Origin: Azolla caroliniana
Taxonomy: Eukaryota; Plantae; Polypodiophyta
Direction of reading: 5' to 3'
Length of the DNA: 64,000 bases
Assembly: GCA_043228905.1 (NCBI GenBank)
Contig: JBHGNT010000011.1
Span: 10,478,001-10,542,000, forward strand
The position numbers were made by a program, and so were the translations under genes. Within the stretch, counting starts at the first letter, position 1. Each line of letters begins with the position of its first letter. The notes beneath the pieces are model-generated. The model saw only the letters and a list, made by a program, of their open reading frames with translations. It had not been told where the DNA came from and did no database searches. Of the stretch, positions 35,301 through 46,613 are shown one piece after another.

Positions 35301-37206
35301 ACCGAGCAGGTTTAATGGATCCTTATCTCGAAGCTCTACACCCGGTCATAGCACTTCCTCTATGTTAAGCTCTGCAGAAGAGGAATTCTTAGATGCCGCT
35401 TCTTCTCCATTCCAAACTCCTCGCAGTTCTCTGACCAACAGCAATTATAACAAAAACTATCCATATACGAAGAGCTATTCTGCTGGTCAATCTCCAATTC
35501 ATTATCATAGCAACTGCGAATTCACAAGGAGAATCTCAAATTCGAAGCTTCAATCAAAGCTTAGCAAGAGACTGGGGAAAGCCTTGTGGCTAGACATGCG
35601 AGAAATAGCAATGAACAACACATTAGACGATGGAATGGTTCATGAGCTGAAATCCTCCGCTGTTAATATTGCCACAGCTAGTTCAACTACGGTTGATGTG
35701 GAGAACTCAGTTAATTCAGTTGCAGAGAACTTTGTGCCAGGAGAGAAAGTGTTAGCTACCATTAAAACTAGCCGCCAATTTACACAGAAGATTAACGAAT
35801 CCATAGCTAAAGATGACAGTTGTAAGAGCGGCACCTTCTCAAGGCTGGTGAGTCCATCTTTATTAGAATCGATGAAGAACAAGAACGCATCTATGCAAAA
35901 GAAACAGACAATATCGACTATAAGTGCTGTATCGACTCCTGTATTCCCTGCAAAATGCCAGAAGAACAGATTGAAAGTGATGAGTGGGAAACAGCAGAAG
36001 AACCTAATGAACTCAAACAATGAGAGTAACCTATATTACATGGCAATGAATGTTGCAGATGTGGGATGGCCACTAGGTATTTCAGGATATCCTGAAGCTT
36101 TGATGGTGAACATGAAGAAAAGCACAAATTCTGTGGGAAACCAAGCAGGAAGTAGCATAACAACCAACTCATCAACAAAGCTCTGCCCCAGCATAACAGA
36201 AGCAGCTAGTGTTGTTGTGCCATCGCCACCTCTTCCTCCATCTCCAGCTGGTGGTTCGTGGCTAAAAAAAGCTCTCTCAAGCGCTACTAACAAACAATAC
36301 ATGCTAAACAGTACTAATCCGATCAGGGTCGTAAGGTCTGCAGAGATGGGGCGGAGCATTAATGGGAAGGAGAAGCTTCTTAAGGATGAGGGGGAGTCCG
36401 AGACTCCATTAGAGCCAACCGCCGCTGCGAAAAGCTCCTGGGAAGCTATGGTGCGGGGTACTCATGTTCATCCAGGAAGCCTCAGGTCCTCAGAGGTACG
36501 ACAGTATGAGTGTTGAAGGCGGTAACGATGGTGATTGGTGACGGTGACGGTGACGGTGACGGTGACGGTAATTGGTGACGGTGATTGGTAATGCCTGCCA
36601 TCTTTCAATTCATCTCCATTCACCCAATTTCTTCATGGACCTTCTTCCCATCTACCAAGTTTAGTAAAAAAAAACTCCCCACTGCCGCTCACTTTTGTTT
36701 TTATTCCCACGATGCCCCTTTGCAAGGGCTTCTTGTATTTTCCCAAAATGCCCCTTTGCACCGGGCTTCTTGTATTTTCCCAAAATGCCCCTTTGCAAGG
36801 GGTGTTTTTTTGGGGGGTGGGCCGGGAGGCAATTGTGAAACGCAGGATTGCCCTTCTTCTTAATGTGCCAATTCTTTAGGTTTTTGATGCCTTCAAGGAG
36901 AGAATGCACCACACCATAGTACGTAATATACTCGAATGCATTGGAAAATATTGTTTTTCATACGAATGCGTATGTTATCAAAACATTCTTATGGTTTTAT
37001 TTTTCTTTTACACTTTTTACCTTAACTTTCTTACCTTTAAAAAAAAACCTTACAATAAATAATGAATACAAAAGTATTGTATTTGCCATAATTCAAGGGT
37101 GTTTACCATACTTGAATGAATGATGCATTCTCAAATGCAAATGCATGTATGGTTTATACTATGCCCCACACCTTTCATTGTGTAGGACAATAATGATGTC
37201 GGTTGA
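32373..37206 (+). CDS. DUF688-family plant protein, ~1215 aa; exons 32373-34184, 34681-36495 and 37186-37206
   Basis: N-terminal PLLSVRR and PGSVPFEWERTPGQPK; C-terminal PPLPPSP..SWL and WEAMV...HPGSLRSSE. Phase-0 introns GTAAGT...TTGACAG and GTACGA...TGTAG join in frame. The last exon (DNNDVG*) is the least certain part. Confidence 0.8.
36527..36590. repeat. (GGTGAC)n-like microsatellite in intron 2
   Basis: Repeated GGTGAC/GGTGAT units. Confidence 0.8.
36712..36801. repeat. ~36-bp tandem repeat (2.5 copies) in intron 2
   Basis: ATGCCCCTTTGCA..GGGCTTCTTGTATTTTCCCAAA repeated. Confidence 0.8.
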
Positions 37207-40200
37207 CACATTGAAAGAACTAAATTTAACGTCTCTTTCATACGATTAACTTACTGCGCACAAGCTTTCTTGTTGCAATGTTTGCTCATAGCTACTACAA
37301 GTGGAATGGATGTCTTGAGTTTATGATCAAAATAGCGTTATGTGCATCTGCAAGCAAGATATGCATCACATTCCTAGCCATTCATAATGCAAACAAGGGA
37401 AGGGGATCCCAATAGCCCCATTTACCCCCACTTGCTACTCTTACCTACAGATTTTGGATCCTCACTAAATGTATGCGATGATGTATCATGATACTTCGAT
37501 CATTACACATGTTGAAATTTGATAATGTGTCCACCATGGATAATATCGAAAGTTCTTTCTTGTTGTGCCATTCTATTGTCATTCTCGTGAGGGGTATATA
37601 CCAAACTTTTCTTCCTAAATATTCATGATACCCTCAAAAGTGCTTGAATAGTCACATTAAAGTGATGTTTGTTTCAATTGATTCATTTATATGATGCAAT
37701 TGGCCGCTTTGTTAGATGTTTGGTATACATATATTCTACTCTACCTCATGACTAGTAAGAAAAAGGCTATAGTAAAAAAGTGTAAACATTGTAACTCAAA
37801 AAAAGGTTTAAGATAGATACATTGCTCTCATATTGAAGAATTGTTACCTACCTTGCATAAAGAACTGTCTGCATTACTTGAACTTAAACTCATTGCGTTG
37901 ATGGTATGTTTGTAGAGGTTTTATGGGAAAACATAGATATAGTAGACTAACAACTTGGATATCACATCCATATGATTGTGTTGGTGCTATTATTGTAAGA
38001 GTTTTTTTCCACAACAAATAGATGTGGAATGACCCCTTTGATATCACATCCATATGATTATCGTTATGGTTATAGAATAAGGTTGCTCAAGCCATTATGA
38101 CATCATCACCCACCATTGTGCATACTAAATCATGTTGCTAGTATAGGAGCTCATTGTAAAAGGTTCAAGAGGCATGATGAATAATTTGTAATGCATTCAT
38201 GAATCATCACCAAGTATTAAAAGGTTCAAGGGGCATGATGAATATTTTGTATTTTGTAACGCCTTCATCAACCAAAGATTCAAAGTTTTTGGACGTAGAA
38301 AAATCATATTACATTGAAATGATTGATAAATAATTGAGCTTCGAGGGATTTCCCTTTATACCTTTCCACAATGTGCACCATACACTTTGGGGTTGGAAAC
38401 ATTGTATTATGCTTTTCAGCTATATCTTTACCAAAGTACCAAAGAATAACCCAACAAAGCCAGGAAAACAAAATGTAATTCCATGAGAGCCATTCATTGT
38501 GTCAAATGGGATATGATAATTGGTCCCAATGCAATTCTAACGACAATCCTTTATGCATCTTATATACAAGAGAGGAAAGAAAATATTAACTACCCATGTT
38601 ATACTATATATACTTCACATTGAGGGATCTATTCTTAATCATGTAAAATAAAGTTATCCATATTATCTCATGTTTCCGTAGGTTTTCATTCGAACCATGG
38701 TGCTTAACTGTGGTTGAGAAAAAATGAAAAGCAACTAAAGGTGTTTACTTATACTGTAGCGACAAAGAATATTAGAGTTAGTGTACATAATAATTGTAGT
38801 ATTATAAAAGAGAAATTAGTTAGATATGCTTATATGTATTAGAGTTTCAAAAAAGTAGCCTTACTTGTTTCCGAGATTATCTCTATATGCTTGATGAAAA
38901 TGTAGGCTCCGGATCCAATGAAAAAATGACATTAGCCAGACACTTAAGATAGTGCAGAAGCAACGTAGAGCTCTAACACTTCTATAAGTCAATCTTAGAA
39001 CCGATCTAATTGGTTTTTAAAGGTTGCTTATGCACTTGTAAATGAAAAAGTGCTTTGTAACATTCTCATCATCATTCATTCGCATAATCCATTAAGAACT
39101 TCTAGACCTATTAGATAATTGGGGTTCATATGTGCTTCAATTGGAAATCTTATAGAAAATGGTGTAAAATTTCAATGGTCACTTGTACCTGCGTGCTTAA
39201 ACTTCAAAGTCAAATTATAATTGAAAAAGATGACATCGCATCATACAGACAGTGATGATATTTCCAATGAATTCTTTTATGAGATTACAAATTTTTTTTA
39301 TGACTCCGATAAAAATGTATTCGATGAGCTTCATGTCTACAGGAAAAAGTGTGGAAAAGAAAGAGGGATTCTCATATTATGACAGCAAACCATTTTAATT
39401 ACATTAAAGAATACTTATATCCTACAATAAATCACCGCAACTTGTAATAGACGCATGTTACGGTCCAAATTATGAGTCATCGGTGTTACCCCCTTAGTAC
39501 AAAATTGTCAATATCTATGCGAAAATGTCCTGCCCTTCACTGCTGCTCCTTTGTATTCCACAAGCCTCTAGCAATCATAAGGAAATAATTTCTCTCATCT
39601 ATTCTCAAAATTTGTTCTATTATCTTTTTCTTCCACATCCAAAAGTAACTTTTGTTTTTATTACTTGACCTCAAGTGTCCTAGAGAAAACATTGAGTCCT
39701 TTATTAAGGTTTTCTTTCTTCTCTCCTTTTCTTAAAAATTTTCTTTTCTTTTAATTATTTTTACTCTCGTTTTCCTCCTTTTGAGCCTTTTCATATCATG
39801 ATTGAATTTCTCCCTTTTTTATCTTACAAATTCTCTAATATATGCTAAAATGGTGGGTGATCAAGCAATCGACTACATGGATGCTAAGATTCCTAGAATA
39901 TGACAACAATGTTAGAATCTATCATGGACATACAAAAACGAAGGTGAGGACAATCAGGAGGATGGAAAGAAGACTGAATGAGAGGAGTGAGACGAGAGGA
40001 TTAGGTGAGATGTTTCCGGCTAGGCAAGGAATCTCAGTGCAACCCAAGAACAAGAGATAAGAGGTGAGTGATGAATGACGAAACCACAAAGGAGGATAAC
40101 GGAACTTGATAAAGAAATGAATTGTACATCCCTAGACCTGTGTTTATTACCTTGAGATGAAACTTAATTTTTACACTCACATTTAGATATGTACCATGCA

Positions 40201-42214
40201 TGAACAATGCATGTCACTTCTTATAAGCTCACAACTTTCCAAGATTTGATGACCTTGATATTTTATATCATGATAACATAAAATATTTTAGAATACTAGG
40301 TGAAATGGACAACGTTCAGGGGTCTACGCAAGAGATAATAAGGATATATAGTGAACAATAGTATACAAAAGAGTTAGAATGCATTTTGGAGTGAATAGAT
40401 ATTTGATGCACATGGGGATGCCACAATATAATCAATGAACAGCTTTAATTAATGATCTTAATTCCTATCACTCTCATGATGACGTATGTACTAATATCAA
40501 AGTGTCATCAACCATGTAAAACTGGCTGGCTATATTTCGTTTCGAATTCATTGGTGTGTCTAATTGTGAGTAAATAGTTCTTATTGGATATAATTGTATT
40601 GAGTACGTGATGCAAACATTTTATGGGCATTAAGTTATCAATAAATTCAAAAGGTTAATTTTAATGGTACGATACGTGGGAATTAGTTTTCTTAGGACTT
40701 AATTGGAACATGTGGCGATCTTGGAGCTTAAGAAGTAAACTGCAACAAGCATTAACTATCATCATTAATGCGGAACCCAAAGACATTTTGGATACCATTT
40801 TAGTGAGGCAAACCTCTTGTCTTTAAGATCAATCAATTGGTTACTTCTAAGCTAGAAAATAATAGTGGTATGGGAATGCCAATGGGGTTTTATGTTTGTC
40901 TTTTTGTCCTTTTCATATGGGTGGTTACGCACACATTATCTTTTTATTCTCCTACTTTGTTTCATTATTTCTAACCATTAATACAAGATTGTAATAGGAA
41001 AACTACGGGAAACCCATGTCTTAAGACTCTATGTGATCACTAGTAATTAGTGTCTAACTTATGATCTTAACACCGAAGGCAATGATAGTTGCGACTACAA
41101 TGAATTGCTCAACAACTATACAACAATGCTCAGAACAATTCGGATGGATGTCATCTTCATGACTGGTGTGAATATTTCATCAAAGTCGACACCCTTTTTT
41201 TGTTGAAACCCTTTCACCACAATGTGGGCTTTATATCTGGGTGCACTCTCGACTTCTCTAGTCTTCACCTTATAGACCCACTTATTTCTAAGTGCTCTCT
41301 GACCTTTTGGTAGCTCTACCAGGTCACAGGTGTAGTTGTCCTGTAAGGAGTCCATCTCGTCTTGCATTGCACTATGCCATTTCTCCTTGTGCTTGTTGGC
41401 AATGGCTTCTTCATAGCACTCAGGTTCACCATCATCAGTAAAGAGGATATATTGACTGACATATGTTGTCGGCTCCAGCTTGGATGTATTTGCCGACTCT
41501 TCTCTCGGCTCAGGGGGTTCATATGTGTTGATTGGTCGTTGAGGATTTGCCGATTCCGACTCGTAGTCCTCGATCGACTTCCATAAGTCCGCTAACTCCG
41601 ACTCATCTGTGTTGGTCGGTTGCTCCCACTCAATCGACTCGGATTTGGCTGTGCCGACTGGCTGTCTCCGAGCAACCGATTGTGTCAGTTCACTTGGCCT
41701 TAAGTCGGTGGTAGTGGGAGTCGAATGGGAAGTTGATTCTGACTTCTGTTGTTTCCAGTCCTCAATCGTCTTGTCTTCCACGAATATTACGTCCTGACTC
41801 CTCACTACCATCTTGTCGACTAAGTCCCACAACCTGTAGCCGAACTCGTCCTTTGAGTATCCCATGAATATGCATGGTTTCGACTTGCTATCGAGCTTTG
41901 ACCTCTGATCCTTAGCCACATGCATGTACACTAAGCATCCGAACACCCTCAGGTTTCGATAGGAGACATCCTTTCCTGTCCACACCCTTTGTGGAACATC
42001 ACCTTTCCGTGGTATTGAGGGGGACCCAATATGATTTCAACAGTTTAGCATGAGAGAGCATGCTCCTTACTCTCTCCATGGTTGTTCGATTCATCCTCTT
42101 TGCAAGCTTGTTTAATTTAGGGGTCTTTGGCACTATGTATTCGATTCGAATACCTTGGGCCTTGCAATATTCCTCGAACTGCCCTTTATATTTGCCACCA
42201 TTGTTGGTTCGGAC

Positions 42215-42902
42215 GAAGGTTGTTAGGTACAGTACGGATACCATACGTATATAACGTATTAATATGCGTACAGTACCTCCCAATTTAAAAATACATTTTT
42301 TAATATGTTAAATACTTATAAAATACGTATTTACTAGAATTTGAAAATTATTTACCTTTCTAAAAAATATTGTAATATTGTAAAAAACATCTATGTCTAC
42401 ACAATTTTGTGATGTACATTATAGTTTTACATCCTAAAATGCATATAAGACATTTGAACATTTCACAAATTCCTATTATACTTATAATATGGATGTCAAC
42501 ATTCACTTATTCTATAAATCAATGTAAGTGTGTATCACGATGTTCTACTTCAAATTGTAATGATATATGATTATGCTTACATAGATTGAGGAATCGTCTA
42601 CGATTATCACACTTAGGATAGGTTTCTATCTTCTTTTCTCTCTTCTTCATCTTCTATCTTCTATGATTATCACACTCAGAGTCAGGACAGGTTTCTGTCC
42701 TCTTTTCTCTCTTTTTTTTTTTTCTTCTTCTCTTCTGTTCTTCTTTTTCACTAAAATCTTTTTTTCTTTTGTTTTTTGTTGGGGTTTTACTTACATTTTT
42801 TTTATAAATACGTATTATACCAGTTTTTTCAAATGTACGTTAAATATTGTATTGGACAAATGTACATGATATTTGACTGAACAACATATAGGTATAGTAC
42901 GT
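42215..42902. mobile_element. hAT-type non-autonomous DNA transposon (MITE); its other end lies at 49599-49666, inverted
   Basis: Termini GAAGGTTGTT and CATGGTTGTT with related subterminal sequence. 8-bp TSD GTTCGGAC at 42207-42214 and, reverse-complemented, at 49591-49598. Confidence 0.7.
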
Positions 42903-43362
42903 TGTCGTGCCTCTCGGCGCCGGATCGTTACGTGAGTCGGGTGGGAACCGCTGGGGTTTTGGACTAGGAGAAAGGAGATCGTGAGATAGAGATTAATTAT
43001 GAGTAGATAGCAAAGAGAAAGATAAGAAACTCGTGAATCACACGAGTATACTATATTAATTGGTACTTAGGTTGTTAAGAAAGAAGTAGATGCATAAATC
43101 GTGAATCCCACGAATAATTTTTATATTGATCAATACTTAATCCAAAAATATCCAACCCTTATACATCTTTCTCTCCTCCTTATATAAGGATGGAAGAGGC
43201 TAAGCATAGCTTCTTGCTTTTCTAAAGTGTTCATGCTCTCTAAATTTGCATGCATTACTTTTCCCACTACAATTTCCTAAATTTAGCATTCATGCCCACT
43301 AGATGTGCATGCGTAATTTTATTAGTGTGCATATAAATAAAGTTTTCACGCATTCTAAAAAT

Positions 43363-43445
43363 GCATGACTTAGAATAAGTTAGTATAATGGTAAGGTTGG
43401 AGTTTGTTTGCATGGAGGTGCAGGGTTCGAATCTTGCCCTATGCA
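43363..43445 (+). other. tRNA-derived sequence (Pol III A and B boxes) inside the C LTR
   Basis: A box TAGTATAATGG at 43381-43391; B box GGTTCGAATC at 43424-43433 in a T-arm stem GCAGG/CTTGC. No clean anticodon arm. Confidence 0.55.
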
Positions 43446-43636
43446 CGTAACAGAAATTTTAATGTTTCTTTTATTTACAATTGTGTCCCTTCATCCCGTA
43501 AGAGACTCTCACCTGCCTTCTTCATCCGGCTCTTCCTTGCAGATTCCTCCTTGACGGTTCCTCTTCGTCCGGTTCTCACTGGGTATGTCATTCTCTATCC
43601 GGATGGATAAAATGCAATTCCCACGTAGTGTGTAAA

Positions 43637-46613
43637 TTACACTACGACACTCACCCCCTCTAAACCCGCACATCCTCCGGTATGTGCCGAAGTTCCCGAT
43701 GTTCCATATTCGCCTCCATCCGTATCGCTCTTCGAATCTTCCCTTATGTTGACTATGAGTTGAAGTCCACTTTCTTCGCTATCCGCATCACCGCGATCTT
43801 TGTCCGGTTGCTCCTCATTATCGGTCTCGTCTATGGCTACATAAGATTCGTTGTTAGTCCGCTTCTTGAATATCTTCACCCGTTTCCCTGCTATAGGCAC
43901 TCGTAGTATTGTTCCATCCAACTCACTTAGTCGGTAAGTTCCGTTGTCAAAAACTTTCTGAACCTCATATGGCCCGAACCACCTTTTCGCGAACTTCCGC
44001 ATCGTTGTATGTTGATGATCCAAACTACTGTCGTAGACAATCACCCAATCTCCTTCTTCAATCTTCCGCGGTCGTAGTAGGTGCTTGGTGTCGAACCGGC
44101 TTTTGTTTCGGAGTTGCGTTTCTTGTTGTCGGCGTGACGCTTCCGCTACATCTTCCGGTCTTCCCTCCAGTTGTCATATCCGGATCGCTAGTAGTTCTTC
44201 CCGGCTCATCTCTTCCTTCCACGGTAGCATTGTCCATGTCGCGATTGCGGTTTCCGTCAGCATTACCGGTGCTTATCCAGTCATAAGTTCTGCCGGCATA
44301 TAACCGGTTACGGAGCTATGCGTCGTCCAATCCGCCCATAGTGCATACAAGAGCATTTGCGGCCAATCCATTACCCTTCCGTCGCATGCTTTGGCAAGTG
44401 CTTTGACGATCGGACTATGTCCTCGCTCGACCTTCCCGTTGGCTTCCGGATTGTATGCCGTTGTTAGTGTTAACCGAACTCCATGTTTGGCGAAGAATCC
44501 CCTAGCTTTATCAGAGTCAAGTTCTCCCCGATCCGCAATCACTTGTCCTACGCACCCGTACCTGCAAAACACTTCTTCCAAAAGAAATTGACATACCGCA
44601 GAACACGTTTTTCTCCGTGGCGCCCGACCTTCTACTTGATTTGTGAGATCTTCCTGAGCTAACACCAAGTACTTCTTTTGTCCGATCCCGGTTGGCATGG
44701 CTACAATGTCGACCATCCATTTGAAGTTGATTGTCGGTGAGAATGTCGGATGTAACTCATCTCGGTGTTGAACTCCGGAGTAGATTTGACACTTCTCGTA
44801 GCTTTCCGTGAACTCCGCAACATCTTTGTACATATTCTTCCACCAATATCTTTGCTTGATCTTCCCAAATGTTGCCCATGTTCCCTGATGTCCAGCCCAA
44901 TCAGATTCGTGAAATTCGGACATTACCTGGTTTCGTTGCTCTTTTGTCCCGACTACTCGAAGTGGTATGCCACCCGGTCTTTTCGGCTCCCTCCATAAAA
45001 ATCCATTTTTCAAGAACTTCCCGTAGTGTTTTCTTGAGCGTCCTCATGGTTTCAGTGTGTTCCGGTTTCCATTCGAACTTCTTCCCCTTCCGCAACAAGT
45101 GATAGAGCGGGTCCGCAATATGTGCGTAGTGTGGAATCCATATGTGATAGAATGCACATGCTCTAAGAAACCTTCGGACTTCGGATTGTGACTCGCATAC
45201 TTCTTTCATAGCTTGAATCGCATCGATCTTGGTTGGTGACGGTCTTCGGCCGTAAGGCCCACATAGATGTCCGACTACCAATATTTCTTCTTGTCCAAAT
45301 GCCGATTTCTCTTCGGAAAGTGTTAGATGCACATCTTCTAACTTCCGTAACACTTTCTCACAATCACGGATATGGTTGACTATGAACCTTCGGCATCCCC
45401 GTTCATCCATAGCTTCATCTTTTTCTTCCACCGCACACCCTTTCATCGGAATGTCATCTAGGAACGACATCGTTATCTCCGGTATGCAATCCCCTAGCAC
45501 CTTGTTCATTGCATTCATCATATGTGCGACTGAGTTCATCGCGCCTTGTAGTAGCGTACACATCCGGACTAATCCTATCGGTGTCCGCATGGTAGTGATG
45601 TCTCGGCTCTCCACGACTAGTTGGAATTGGTCATATCCGGAGTATAGGTCTCCGATGGAGTATATCGCACGACCGGCAAATGCTTCCGCAAATTCGTCCA
45701 CTATCGGACCGACTCCAGAATTCTGGATCGTGACCTTGTTCACCGGTTGCAAGTCTTGGATAAATCGGAGTGACCCATTCTTCTTCGGAACCGTAAACCA
45801 TCGATTTGAGTACGGAGCGTTTGATGGCTCTAGAATCCCCATTGCCACCTTCTCCTTGAGTAAGTCGATGACTTTCGGAATATGCGCCCGTGGCACCGAA
45901 ATCTGCTTCAGCACATGGTCAATCGTGAATATCACCATTGGCTCCACTATCTTCGGATCAACGCACCCTATCTCCTTCGATGTGAATGCAAATGCTTTTC
46001 CATGTTGTTCCAACATCTCACGAAACCGTTCTTCTTCTTTTTGTGAGAGGAAACCACCTCCACCGATCTGAAGTTTCTTCCGGGTCTCATCCAAGAAGGC
46101 ATGTCTGATATCCACGGACTTTCGAAGTGTTGGATCTCCCGAGACTTCTTTCCTCTTTTGTTCACTATCGGCGGGTAACGGTCCCGCGGCCGGTTTCACT
46201 TTCTTCTCCATGGTCTTGTATTTCGTACTTACCATTGCTTCTTCTTTGCGGAGCGCATCCGGCCCCATTTTCACAATGATCTCGTACATCTCGACCGACT
46301 CCACCGGAATTACCCGGTTTCCCTGGCTTGTATCTTCCGCGAGCTCTTCATGCCGTTGTAGTGTGCTCCCATAGAACACTTCTTCGACTATTCCCACGAT
46401 TTCTTTGTCTTCTTTTATTATTGATGCCGACCGCAACTTATCCTCCACTTTTCGGTATTCTTTCTTCATTCCTCCGGTTACGGTCGTGTACGTGGATGCC
46501 CCATCCGGACCGATTTGTACTTGTTTTGCTCCGAGAGTCTTCTTCCTATGTGGGGTATCAAGGCTTCTCAGACTATCACTTCCCCACTCCGCAACAGTCC
46601 GATCTAAAAATCC
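43637..46613 (-). pseudogene. pol: Pol of element C (RNase H deleted, stops in integrase)
   Basis: RT 44901-46469 and IN 43637-45013. RT connects directly to the region upstream of IN at ~45015. Confidence 0.9.
46550..46613 (-). promoter_or_regulatory. Predicted -1 frameshift signal, element C
   Basis: GGATTTT-TAG; stem 1 CGGACTGTTGC/GTGATAGTCTG; stem 2 GTGGGG/CCCCAC; pol in the -1 frame. Confidence 0.8.

Noticed and set aside
37300-41100. Possible decayed DNA-transposon transposase and the short ORF 39842-40060
   Set aside because: No motif or terminal repeat I can support; only short local duplications. A translated HMM search would be needed.
43363-43445. Functional tRNA gene
   Set aside because: Anticodon arm and acceptor stem do not fold properly; kept only as a tRNA-derived element.
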